Source of the DNA: Raillietiella orientalis
Lineage: Eukaryota
Assembly (NCBI GenBank): GCA_036172245.1
Contig: JAYWIR010000042.1
Span: forward strand, 930,001 to 994,000
Direction of reading: 5' to 3'
Length of the DNA stretch: 64,000 nucleotides
The notes under the pieces were generated by a model. The model worked only from the letters and a program-made list of their open reading frames with translations. It was not told where the DNA came from and searched no databases. The position numbers were made by a program, and so were the translations under genes. Shown piece by piece: positions 28,021-40,900 of this stretch; positions within the stretch are counted from its first letter, which is position 1, and each line of letters opens with the position of its first letter.

Positions 28021-29040
28021 TTGATAAACAGCTTTTGCTTCTGTGCCCTCGTTCCCGCTAGTGTCTATGCCTATAAGTTCCCTTGCCTATAAGTTTCCGA
28101 TGTCATTTCCTGAGTCAGCATGAAATCAATGGAGAAATCTCTGCTAAGCCCGCTGCCGAAAATGCCCCGATCCGGGACACTGGCTGCTGCAGTCATCCAA
28201 ACCTGCCTGCTATCGAACTGTTCGACTGTGCTCAACGCATCTGAGCACGGCCTCCATCGCCTTCAGAATTCTAAACGTCTCGTCTTATCTTTACTGACTT
28301 TGGAGATGCGCCTTTGCAAGGCGTCCGTTGTCCACACTCATCATCGGATGGCCATGGTTTCCGGAAGTTTCCTCATATCCTCCCAGAGTGAGATGTGGAG
28401 CTTAAAGCGCAGATTGTGATGCTTGTGCCCTCAAAGGTCGTGTTGAACTGTAGCAGCACTAGAAACTTCAATTAGGCTTTTGTATAGAAAGAGGAAGGTT
28501 CTTCTGAGAGCTGGAGCGCTTCGAAGTTCATTGCATTTGTTACCATTCCATCTCCTTCCTCCAGGAAGTACAGCATATGAGAATAGCGCAAGAGTGTATG
28601 GTCCTCACACAGAATCAACCGAACGCCGGATGAAACTATAGCTACAGATGTTCTTAAAATTTATCCCGTGGAGGGCTTCTAGAGTCTATCATGTGAGAAT
28701 GAATTGTCGGAAGGAGCTTCCCGAAAGCAAAGAAGCTCTGTGGCCTCTTCTAAGAGGTGGTGTGTATTTTATTCCATGCAGTTGCGAAAGACTTCCCACT
28801 TTCCGAATCGTAGCCATCAGTGGTTCCACTCCTCAGCTGGAACGGAGTTCACCGTGATGTTTGGCCACGAACGATTTGGCAACCTCTTAAAGAAAGAGAT
28901 TCCAAAAGTGCACTTTGACTGCGTTCTTCAGTCGTTGGCTGACTTCTCCTTCACGGATCACACCAAGAAGACAGCAGAAGGACGAGAGCCTCGAATTTTA
29001 CGGACGTCGGAGAATCCGACAAAGCAACTCAACCTGAGTC

Positions 29041-29410
29041 TCCCACTCTTGGGAGGAGAAATTGTTTATTCTCTCTGGAGAGGTCCCACGGAGGGGACCA
29101 CTTCCTCATTTCTCCTCTGAGGGGAGCCGAGGAAAGGATTCGCTCCTGGACGGAACCCACAGGGGGAACCTTTCCTTGTTACCCCTCTGAAGAGAATCCC
29201 CAAGGGATGCTTCCAAATTTCTCTTAAGGGTCGCTCCCCGGAGGGAGCAGCGCATTTCTTGACACTCTGAAGAGATTGATACCTCTCTACCGGCTACATA
29301 GTACTTGATGGATGTTCCCCTCCCGAGGAAGGAAACGGTTCCATATGCGCAACCGGAGGGGAACTCCAAAGAGAACGAGCTCCTTGATTCCTGGAAGAAC
29401 CATGGGATCA
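29041..29410 (-). mobile_element. Internal fragment of the same SINE family, inverted
   Basis: The reverse complement matches the A/B bodies (cttccaggaatcaaggag, gtgtcaagaa..ctgctccc, aggagcgaatcc, cctccgtgggacc.ctcc.gagagaat); no tRNA head seen. Confidence 0.55.
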
Positions 29411-31210
29411 CCATGTAAGAGACGGAAATTCCGGAAACGAACCAGGTCAGCAAGTTCTTGTTATCATCCACCGTCCAACACTGCCGAGGAGTCTGCTGGT
29501 CCCTTCATCTTGGACACCCTTGAACAACCGAGCGCGGAGTCGAGCCGCCAGAGGAAAAATACGAATGCGCGAAGGCCGTACAGCGCCTAGGATCAGGGAA
29601 GCAGGCCCGCCTGAGTCCTAATCTACAATGGGAAGTCGGGAGGTCAGAGCTCTCCGCCCTCGACAAGGAGCATCTCCACTCTTGAAAATGTCTTTCGCGA
29701 AGGGGGCCTTTGGCCGTAGCGAGAGGCTGACGGAAACACGCAAGTGCTGTGATGGAAAAAAGAGATCTTTCTTCACGTTTCTTCACATTTCCTTTTGTTA
29801 GGAATGGGCACGTCTTTCGATCAATTTCTTCCTTTTCACTTGGGGGCAGACCCCTTCACGTTTGTTTCACCTTCGGTGCACGCAATTCAGTGCCTTGGCG
29901 TCTTCGTCTTGTCTGTATAAACCTGGTAAGAATGCAGTGCCCTCGATCGGTTCCACTCTCTTGATGCCTCCCTCTTCTCGAATCTTCAGGAGGACCGTCC
30001 GTTGAGAGCTCTCCCTACCGACCATCACTAATTGCCTCGTTTGTTAGAAAAAGTGTTTAAAAGGACGAAAATCGGATGATTCTCCCATGTGTCAAATCTC
30101 TCTGTCGCTGAGGCGATCTCTCTGTCCTGAGCATCCCCGAACTTCCTAGGCGATCCGTGTAGTTCATCATCATCCGCTCCTGCTCTTCTGATCGCTCTGT
30201 AATTGCACGGATTTATCTATTCTGCCCCCTTATCGAGGAACAAATACAAGCAACTATAGGATGTGTCCACTAATTGCATTCTTTTAATGATGTGAATGCA
30301 CTGGCACGTGCAAGCAGCCGGTGTATCCGCTGATGAGATGTCACTCGTGAAATCATTCCAGATGTTCAGTGTGGGTTGTTTTGGAGGAGCCTTACGTGAT
30401 GTTAATTGCAAAATTAAATTGTTCCATTTCTCCAAAGAGTGAAGCGCTCAGATGGACCTCAATGAGTCGTCAACCTCTCCAAGCAACCTGAGGCGGAAGT
30501 TGCTCCACCTCGTGTCTCAGTTAGAAAAAAATGAGCGATGCCCTTCCGTGATCACATTGTTTCAACTCCAATTCTCCGTAGGACGCGCTGTTCTCAGAGT
30601 GACCCATAGAGTCACTTCTCAAAAGACACCGTTCTCTGCCCTCTTTACCCAGGTAATGCGCCCTCTAATCTCTTTCTTGCTTCGTCAAGAAATCAGAAAC
30701 CCATTTCTTAGCAAAGCAAAACAGAGCTTCGCTTGGGAGTTCAGGTTCGCGGCTGCTAGCATCTTTAACGATGATGGCCGTGGTAACAGCACAAGGACTC
30801 TCAAGCCAAAAGACCGAAAATAAGAATTCGGTTAGATAGGAAGGTAACACTCGGTTTCACGTGTGGGCACGAGAGCAGCGGATCATATGTTACCGTTTGA
30901 GAACTCGCAGGAGTTATGACTCAGATGCGGGAAACCTCCATCCTTCGACTTTTGGAGGGGAGTTTCGTTCGACAGCTCTCCGCATCCCTTTTCCTCCAGA
31001 AGCTTTCTCACCTCTGGGCATACTCCGGACAACATCCCTTGCTTGAATTTCTCGTCTGAAAAGGATCACAGTCCGCGAAGACTGCTGCTTCCTACGAGAG
31101 AGTCTTATCTTCCTCTCAATGGCAAGGGTTGTCTTTGACTCAAGAGCCTTGAAAGCGGTGTCAAACAGCACCCTTCGGGGTGTTCGGTGTTCGACCGAAG
31201 TACAGTGATT

Positions 31211-31247
31211 GGGGGGGGGGGGGTGTCTTATGTGTGTGTGTGTGTGT
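31211..31247. repeat. G13 run followed by (TG)8 microsatellite
   Basis: Directly visible. Confidence 0.9.
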
Positions 31248-34200
31248 CTGCGTCATCCATTGTGCTGTCGACCACAGATCAGGAGATGCACTCGTGTTCC
31301 AAAAGCTCTAAACAGCCTCAGGATCACAGAGCGCATCGGAGGGAAGGGAAGAGAAGAGAAAGCACGAGTGCCAACGGTGACCGTGCCATCACCTTGACTT
31401 TCGCGGGAGAAGTCCACCTCTGTGTTCCTGAGCACTGCGCGTCTGCGTGAGCGCGCAGTGGGACTGAGCACACACCCTGACGCAGTCGCTTTGATGTGTC
31501 CGCACATCCTCGTGCCAGGATCCACCCTCGCACTCGCGTTTCACGTGCGCCTTCAACCCCACATGCGCGGGCATGCACGAAAGCGGTACAAAAGCGCAGG
31601 GGTCTGCGTCAGAATCCGCGCTTGCGCAAAAGGCTTGTCGCGTAGGTCGAGTGAACGTGAGCACGCGCACATCTCTGCGCGCGCGGATTTACGAGCAAAG
31701 AGAAACGTGGATTTCGGTCGATTCGGCATCGGAGACAGCATCAGGGACCACGTGCTCGAGAGGACTCCGGAAGACGGTAACCGACTCGCTCCTAGGTGGG
31801 GCGGCAGACTCGAGCCAGCTACCGGTACAGAGTCTGCGATCACTTCCATCGCTTCCCTGGGACGTTACTATGGCTCCTGCTGTGGATTGGGGACGAGGGA
31901 AGTCTAGCCTAGTATCTCGCATTAGCCCTTCTGCTAGGTGGTCTCAGTGAGCAAGCGTCATCGTGGAAGGAGTCCCAGCCATCCTCCCTCCGATTCGTAG
32001 AAGTCCGCATGCTCCTCTCTTGGATCTTCGGGATTGAGAGGAACGCCACTGCAACCCGGATTCTTGTAGCACCCGGTACCAGTCGCAGGCAAAGCGCAGT
32101 CTGGATAAAGAACTGGCTGTCGGCACCAGAGGTCGTCACAGCATTTGCCATTTGCAAAAGAGACTTCCGCACAAAGGGAAGTCCGAAAGGGACGAGGATG
32201 AGGGCTCTCAGAAGTGCCCTCTGCCTACAGAGTACCGTATTGCTTCCGAGAGAAGAGACTTCACTCCACCTGATCCCAGACCTTGAAGACTTGCGTCCCT
32301 AACTATGAAAGGTGAAACACCTCAGAATGGGAGAGAGGGACAGGAAAGACAAGTAGGCCAGGATGCTCGCCTATTGCAGCACATCATCTCGCCCTTCCTT
32401 TCGTTCCCGGTTTCAGGATGAGCCTCGATCCCGCGAGCAGGATCCTCCCTTTGTTGAGCCAGACACCGTCCTGGTATCTACGCAGGAGCGAGCAGGAAGG
32501 ATTTCCTCGTGTCCTTTACTTTTGTCCAAAAGCGACTCCCTCCTCCGAGTGCAGAGGCTTTTATGATGACTCCGCAGGACGGTCGGTGCGGCTCTCAGCG
32601 GTACTTTCCTCCCACTCCTCCCAGCTTGTCGACGCAGAGAGGAACGCGTTCCTGCACGTGCGGGAAGATGGCAGGAAGGAGGAGCGTCGAACGAGGAGGA
32701 AAGGGGAATAATGCTAGCATAGTCCGAGTTGATCCCTCCAGGAACTCACTTAGGTTCCCCTGCTTTCGGATCTTCCGGCTCTGGTGCCTGTATCCTCCAT
32801 CATCCTATGGAAGAAGTTGTTTGGACTCATCCCTTTGGAATACAACCTCGAGTCCTCGTGCGAATGAGAACGGACCCGTGTCAGGTAGACCTCTGTTGTG
32901 GATGACGTGGAGGCGTTTCCAGATTTCTTATTCTCCTACAGACTCTATATCCTTGTCCCTTGGAATGTCCTTCCGTTTCATCGTCGTGATTCCGTCAAGT
33001 CGGGAAGAGCTTTCCAAAGCCCCAGGATAGGATGAAAATTCTTCTCTGTATGCGAGAAACAAGAGGAGGCCCTGATCTTCTTGCGCCTCCTCCTGTGATC
33101 CTCTTTCTTCCGGAAACCTACTCTCCTTTCTACTCAGAAAGGTGGCCTAGAGCGACTCCGTTCTGGAGCAAGAATCCGCTGCTCAGATGATTTGATGACC
33201 AGTCTCTCTCTCTCTCTCTGCAGACCAGCAGGTGCGTCCAGACAGAGGAAGGAAGGAGTCACGCGAACTGATGACGCAAGAGGGGGGGGGGAAGAGTCCG
33301 AAAAAAGCTCGCGCGCGCATCGGGAGCTGACGGGAGATTCTTCTGGGAGCGTCCATCCTTCTTACCGGATGCCTCGTACCAAGGGCTCGACTGCCTTCCC
33401 TTCCCTCTTTCCCTCTTTCCCTGAGGGATCACGAAAGGGTTCCAACCTAGGAAAGAGTTCCTTTCTCCCCTTTCGATGCAACATCTGATCAGTGACTGCT
33501 TAGATTTTGCACTCCTTATTCTGTGTGACAGTCAGCTTTCATTGGGACTAATGTCCTGTTCAGCTGGCATCACGGCGTGGACTGCAGTGTACTGGCAAAG
33601 AATGCAACTGGATCACTTAAAGTTGGTCATCTCAGTCGAGAAAGTGATCAGAGTTGTCCCACCACTGGTTCCTCAGAAACAAAGGTACCACTCGATCTCT
33701 GCAATGGGGAACAGGTTTTCTACAGCCAAGGAAGTGGATCCTTCTAAAGAAAAATTCGTTTCCTTCTTCAGGGTTCGAGTAGGCTTGTCAGCCCCTAGTG
33801 TGCCTACGTCATTCATTCGTTTGTGTTCCCCTGAGACGACGATTCTTACTTTCCGGGGCATGCCGAGGTCATGTGCTCAGCAAGAAGCCGGCACTCTCTG
33901 ATCGTTTCCCTTCCACCGTCAGTCACAGCGAAGAGTCAAGTAGGGCCGATCTTACCACCTCATCTTCCAGGCTTGCGATCGTACCCTTCGCAATTCACGG
34001 TGAAGATGACTGGCTGTTCCTTCCTCGAGGAGCGAGCAGCTCGGGAGAGGCAAATCGGATTCCCGAATCCCTGCTCTCCCTCCGCTCCCAAGAACGGGAA
34101 TTTCGTGTCGCAGTGTTGCGAATCGTCAAATTTATTTTCATGGCGTTGCGACTGCATCGATCTGGGAATGTTCGCAGTCTTCCTTGCGGGATGGTCCAGT

Positions 34201-35971
34201 TGCTAGCGCGCTGCGATCGGTGCTCCCCTTTGATCACCGCGACGACCCCGAGGCGGCTCGTTAGCGGCGTCCAAGCAGCTCAGGCAAATGCGATCCCGGA
34301 CCATGAGAAGTTCTCCCCGGGGCTTCTTGAGCCCCTGCTGGCGTTCTTTCCGGCGCCTCCGTCGTCTACAGTGCCACTTGCCCTGGCATGACGTGCCCGG
34401 GAGCGGCGACTCCCTCCCACAGAGGGTGCTGCTTACGACTGGGCTTCTGGTGTCCCTACCGAACTTCGGAAGAATCAGCAGCCCGTGGTAGCATCTGCAG
34501 GACTGACGATGAGTGCCTCTTAGGCCGCCGTGCCGTCAGCGAGAGCATCAGTTTCCAAGCCTTCTCCTGATGGTCTTCGCTCCAGAAGGCCCAACGAAAG
34601 AGCGAGATTCCTCCTCCTGACTCTGCCTCCTGCAGGATTGTCTTCCTCAACTTCCTGCAACTTCGGGAAGAGCAGCGGCGGCTGTAGGGCGGTTGACAGT
34701 CGAACTCGGAAACGGAGGCACTGCTGACAGCCACGGCGAACCCAGTTAGAGGCTTCGGGCAGCTGGAGAGATGCCTCGCTCCAACCGCCGCCATCTTGAA
34801 GGTCAGGCGTCCCTTCCAGCCCAGACAAGCACGCTTCCATCACGCGGCACCAGCTTTCGATGCCTCAAACGCGTGCTCAACCAGTGGCATGGGCGCATCC
34901 ATCCCCATCAGGCTGTCAGAACTTCCGGTGGTGGAACGATGGCAGAAAAACCGTAGCTCGACTTTCCATTTCATCGAATGGACCAAATGCTTGACCAATC
35001 ATCAATGATTTGGAAGTGATTCGTGATGGATACAGGGAGAGTTCAGGTGAGACGCGTTGATCCTGAATCTCTGATCTTGGTGCTCTCCTTTAACTCTTCG
35101 TATCGCTCTCCAAACCTATCTGTTTTTTTTTTCTTTTCCTAAAACTCTGAAACTCCTCAGAAACTTCCGGACAGTTTGAGTCCATGGTTTGCTAGCTGAT
35201 GGCTTCTTGATGCCTTCGGAAACCTGCGTTTCGGTTCTCCCCTTGCCCACGAGCAGGCGGAGTGCAACCCCACGAGTCACTTCGAAACAATCAGCTCTTC
35301 TCAAACGGAAGATGCTGCAACAGCAGTAAAGATCGTCGGAAAATAATTCCCCTTCGAAGAACCGAGAGCGTTTCGCAGCCAGTTTCCGCAGTCACCTGAA
35401 TGGAGGGTTGCAGCTGTTAATCGTGCAGTCGGAGAAGCGAAGCTGCTCTTCCTATCGACTTCCATAGGAAAGATCTCTGCAAAAGTGCCCCCAGGAGATT
35501 TCGGCTCAGCACAGATGCCTCCCTGACACAATAATTTAACCTGAGCTCCTTGCAGAGAGAGTGCCCACGCCGTGCCAGGCTTTCAGCTCATACGACGGTG
35601 ATGGTCGCCTTCATGATGCTTGCAACACTCCATGATGCACTGTGATCGAGAGACGGCAATTTTTTTTTTTTTTTTCTTTCCGCTCAGTCAATTGAAGTCA
35701 TGCTCTGTGGTACAGGTGCTGTCACGCAATTGCACGGCCTCTAATTGCGTCATTCAACAAATCGGTTTCCAATTCCGTACTCCGTAAAGAGGCACTTCCG
35801 TTTCCGATGCCGACGCAGAAGGCCTTGTTGCTCTGATCACGTCTTCCGGTCCGAAAAAGCAGACCCAGTGTGAAACAGAGTTGCTGGGTTTTTTTTTTTT
35901 TTTTTCTTTTTTCGTTTCAACTATATTGTATTATTCACATTCTGAGGGGCCAAGATGTTCCACCAGAACCT

Positions 35972-36219
35972 TTAACCGTCCGTAAGCACTGAGAAATGTG
36001 CCACCTTCCGCCATCCGGAAAGGAAGGGAAAAGTGCACCTATTTCAAAAAAGCCAAATGTGCCTAACACTCTCAACACAGGGGGTCCCTGTGTTGTGAAC
36101 GTGCAAATAAATTATGCGATAATTTGTGAAGATAATTGTAACTCATTTTAATTGGTGTCCCATATGGCACCTCGTAACCATTTATGTACTAAATTGTCAC
36201 GTTACCCTTCTAGGGTTAA
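35972..36219. mobile_element. Possible piggyBac-type MITE remnant
   Basis: Right end reads TTAA-CCCTAGAAGGG on the minus strand (TTAA at 36216-36219); AT-rich interior with palindromes; left TTAA-CCGT end matches only poorly. Confidence 0.3.
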
Positions 36220-37909
36220 GATCACAAGATGTGACGGCTGGAGAGCTTCGATGATGCCATCCTCAGTAAGTTCCTCTGCACCTCTTGCAGCATCCCATCG
36301 CCACTGTCCTGATGACGACCGGCGCGCACTGCGTCTTCATCGCAGAACCCTCGGAACTCAGCCGTTGGACCTCGTGCGCACAGTCGCCTCGCATGCCGTT
36401 CTTGTCCGCGCGGAACCGCATCTGAAAACCTCCAGATGTGGGCAGATTGAATCCTGGGGGGATGGCAGCACGAGAGCGTCAAATCCAGATCATCGTCCAG
36501 AATCATCCTGGCGTTCTCTGCAACCTTCCGCCTATACGTTCCCATCAGCGCTGGCTCCTAGATCTGGGTGCGTCCATTGACGAAACGCGTTTCTCGGCGG
36601 AGCTACCAGCTCTGGGTCTGGATGCTCCCTTGTGTAATGAGGGCTGCAGGGTTTGTGTCATATGAAGGCCCCTCAGCAAGCTGGTGCTCCTTTCGGCGAT
36701 TCGCTCCTCTGACCATTGGCGCGAAAATTTCTTTTCCCTTGAAGCAGAATCGGCAAACCTCTGCTGGGGTTTTCGTTGCCATCCCAAGCATCTTTCTGGA
36801 AGTGACCAGCTGATGCCCCAAAGCTCCTGCGAAACCTGCTCTTCTACAGCTCGAAGAAACTATCATTCCAAGTCATCTTTGGAAGACAAGAATTGGAGGG
36901 CTGATGCCTTCAAAAAACCGTTTAGACTTTGTTTCCACAAGATGTGGAGGTTTGTTCTGGAGAGCGAAAGGAGCGTGCGGCGGAGGAGAGCATTGGTGGC
37001 GTAGCTGAAAGAAGGGCGGTGGGAGTCCTCTCCCTCCAGAAAAGGACTGTGTCACCGCGGCAGCACAGAAATGCAGGTCCCTTGGAAGGTTCCTCCCAAG
37101 GAGACGTCGAACTTGGAAGCTCCGTATCGATCGTGCTCCCTGGCATCCGTCCCGGTAGTCCCGAATGGTACCGCGGTTGCACTGGGCCAGCTTCCTGTCC
37201 AGCTCTCCAAGATCTCGGACCTCAGGGAGTGACTGCGCATCTCCCAGAAGTCCCTCCTCCCTTGTTCTCCCTCCCAGCGGCTCTTCCCCTTTCTGTTTGC
37301 TCAAGCGGCGTGTTGCGTATTTCCCACTGAGGAGGACAGAAGGGATCCCTCCCTTTCGACGGGTTCCGCGTTACCCGTTCCTTCCTACAGGGACAGGCGA
37401 GGATATTCTCCCTTTTTTGCCGCCCTTCTCCCTCCCACCAGCCTCTTGACGCAAGGCTCTGGAGAAGAGGCTCATGTCCTCCCATCCTCGCCCGAGGTTA
37501 CGGCTCGAACTACCAGGGAGAAAATGGGGCTAGGAGGAGCGGAGGAAGACGAACGGCGGCTCCAGAGAACCATCCTCTCCCGTGGTCTCCTCCGGCGTCT
37601 CTCGCCGCGACCTTGCGAAAAGAGCCGAAACAGGACATTCTCACCAGCCGGAATAATCCCCTTTTCCTATTCTGTCCTCCCCCTCTCCCGCCTTCCTGAC
37701 CCATCTCCGGAGGGTCGGACCACGGGCGGAGCCGATGAGCCGAAAGGGGGAACTGACGGCGCCGCGACGAGGATTCACCGCCCGACCCTTCTCAGAATGG
37801 ACCCGACTCCTATCGCCGCCACCGCCACCGCGTCCCTTTATTTTCTTTCCTCCCCACGTGCCTCGCACCAGGATTCCCACCTGTGGGGAAAAGGGGGTCG
37901 AAGGTGCTT

Positions 37910-37983
37910 TCAGAACCCGGCGTCGTTTCCGGACAAGACGAAAGTGTAAGCCAGGATCCGCAGGATTCCCGCGCAGTCCCATC
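37910..37983 (-). CDS. Candidate DIP terminal exon (RWDCAGILRILAYTFVLSGNDAGF*), hydrophobic GPI-signal-like tail
   Basis: 55-bp intron with acceptor gtttcag, in frame to TGA at 37910-37912; an alternative acceptor near 37881 exists. Confidence 0.4.
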
Positions 37984-40900
37984 CTGAAACCTTGGTGCCG
38001 CTCCTCTGGCAAAGGCAGGACCGAGGATGGGCACTCACGGGGGTGGATGCTGCTGCGGAAGCTGGCGTCCGCCTCCGAGCTGAGGTAGTCCTGGCGCTCC
38101 TTCGGCGAGTAGTGGAACGGAACTGTCGGAAGAGAATAAGAAGAAGACCCTGGTCGCCTGCGAGACGGCGTGGCCCCTCGTTAGCGCTCGCGGGAACCGC
38201 TTCCATGGCGAGCGGGACAAGAACGGCATCCAGAAAGAGCGGTGGGAAGAGAGCAGGATGGGGAGGAAGAAAGAGGGTGACTGGATCTTCCTCCAGAGAG
38301 AAGGGATAGGGGAGGTGGGAAGGGGACGCCTTCCTTTGCGCGAATCGACGCTTCCGGAAGACCCTTTGCGAGCGCCGTCGACCCTTCCAGACGTGGCTGA
38401 AGGCGTCCGCATCTTCTCCTGCCTCATCCAGCCCTATCCTCTCGAGTCCTGGACGCCGCTGTCGAGCGGTGCTCCTATTGGCCCGCTGGCAGACACGGGA
38501 GTGGCATCCTTCCACCTTCTTTAGCCACTTAAGGCTCTGCTTCCCGTTGCCAGGAATGCGGGTACAGAATCAAGAGGAGAGGGGTGTATCACTCTGCTCC
38601 CTTTCCGGGTGGGTTGGATATTCGCACTGAGGAGTTACCCGAGAGACGGCGCTTGAGCCTTCCTCCAGAGCAAGAGACATGCCCGACAGCATGAGAAAGA
38701 AGCACGTCCACCATGGGACCTCCGGCTTCGAAGAGCCTGGGGAGCGCATATGACCACAGAACCATGAATGGGGAGCGACTTCTACCACATTAAGGAAGGA
38801 GGTCCTCGAAGAGGGAAAGACTGGCTCTCTATTCTTTTTCCCATCCTCCGAACGTCGGTTTCCCCCTTTCTGCTCCAGACATCTTCATCCTCCCTTCTCT
38901 ACGAAACCGATGGATAACAGACGAGGAAGAATTAGGGGAATCCTCGGTGACCTTTCGAGTTTCTTCCGGAACGATGAGGGCCGAGTGGAAGCGGAGAAAT
39001 GTTGTTCCAACTCTGAACCTTTCTCTGGGTCGTTCGAGCCCGTAGTCTTTCGGCACCTGGACGACCCCACCTGCTTTGACCGCATTCCCCATCCAGGCTT
39101 CGGAGAAAGCAAGTCCCTCCCTTCCCAGACCTCTGAGACCCCAAACAGCGTTACCCTTTCCCATCCTTCTCTCTTGCCCTATTTCTCTGGCTCCATGACC
39201 CACTTTTCCGCTGCAAGACGAGAACGAGGAGGTTGGTCCTATCCGGTACCGCCTGTTCGTTGCGCGGGAGATCTACTTTGAGATGAGTCCTCCTGCCTCC
39301 CGAGCTGTGGTCAAGCAGAGAGAGTTTTCCCGAGAAGGACCCTCTCATTCCTTTTTCCACTGATCCTTTCTTCACTTTTTAATGAATCCATGTGTTCTTT
39401 TCCGTCCGTTCTTTTCTCTCGTCATGTTTCCGGATTCCCGGGGGAAGCAGTGGCCATTCAGGGCCTCCGGGTAATTGAAGAATGTGCCTTCTTTGTCTCC
39501 CTTTTGGTTCAGTGCTCTGCATGCCAGCAGCATGCTCTCTTCTGAAAGACCATCGCAAAACTTCCTGGGAGTACACGAAGGCTATAGCTTAGAGGCAGGA
39601 AGGACCACCTGTTTCCTGTACAAGTGTGGAGATGGCGATCAAGGATAAGAAAGGAAAGCCGTAGCGTTCCCATCCACTCCCATCGGAGCTCCCGGCTCCC
39701 CTCATTCCTTCTCCATATCACATCCCATTTTTCTCTGCTTTCCGAACTGACCCCAGATAGCGCGTTTACCTGGAATCCGTTGCTGGTTGCCTCCCTCGAT
39801 CCTTTCGTCCCCTTCGGGAAGAAACGCTCCTGGAAAACAGTAGGTTGGAATTGGGAGAGGGAGGGATAGGGTGAACTCTGGATGTGGCTACTCACTGTGC
39901 ACTGTGATCACGGCTCGCATTTCCCCCAGGGTGTTCCTGGCTATGCACTCGTATTCTCCGAAATCCTCCTCTGCTACGTTGTTTACGCGAAGGAGCATCC
40001 TGCTCCTGTATCCGTCCATCCTGACGGTTCTGACGACGAACTTTTCGTTGCTCCGGAGGATCATCTCCTTCCTCGTGTGCCAGTAGCTCAGGGGAGCCGG
40101 AGAAGAGTCCACAAGGCACTCCATATCCAGACTGTGATCCTGCGGGACTTCATGGACCGTCCGCGAAGCGCTGACGTTCGGAGGAACTGAAACAGCGGAC
40201 AGCTGTGGGCATCCGACCCTTTCCGAACTCGAGAACCCCGCCGTCCCACTCCCCTCACTTGGGTAGCGGCTTTGTTTCCCTTATTTGTTCTTTTTCAGGA
40301 GACAGATCAGGGAAGGGGATTCGTTTCCATCTGATAGTGAACCTGCACCGCCCCCGAGGAAGAAGAGCCTACTTGAAAAATGTACCTCCTTCTTTCAGGA
40401 AGCCGGCCATCTTTTAAAGGTTCGCATGCGAGTAGGCCCGTAAGAGAGATCTTGAGGAAGGAGTAATCAGAAGAAGGGCATGTGGATTCATTCTTATAGC
40501 TGAGGATTACAAAGGGCAGCCATAGTTCGGGAGTGCGAAAGGCGCAGCCCCCGCAGAGGCGTTCCAAGGCTCTCAAGTGGAAGCAGGAGCTATGTGGTGA
40601 CGCAGACCAAAGGACCTCTTTCTACGGAAACGTCCTGGATAGAGCTGATGCTAAAAGGAGTTCTTCCGAAAAGGCGCATCCATTATCGCTCGTGTCGTAG
40701 AGGAATCCAGCAAGGACGCCTGCCAAGAACAGCAAAGCACGCTTGACCTCAAAGACTGCAAGCCAGAAAAGCGGATCTGGTCTCCGATTAGGCGCGATTG
40801 TTTCGCCAAAACAGTCTTCCAGACTTCCTCAAACAGCAGGGAGGTCGCAGGTGGTGGTAGGGCAGAAGGAACCGGAAACCAGCAGTTGCAAACAGAACAG

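Noticed and set aside
27274..28150. P-element/THAP9-like transposase fossil (GPKDACKSMREY, CIVSLNE..FQGAVDY, QDVP)
   Set aside because: The same sequence fits the recurring LRR motif order better, the catalytic Asp motif is missing, and nothing transposase-like follows.
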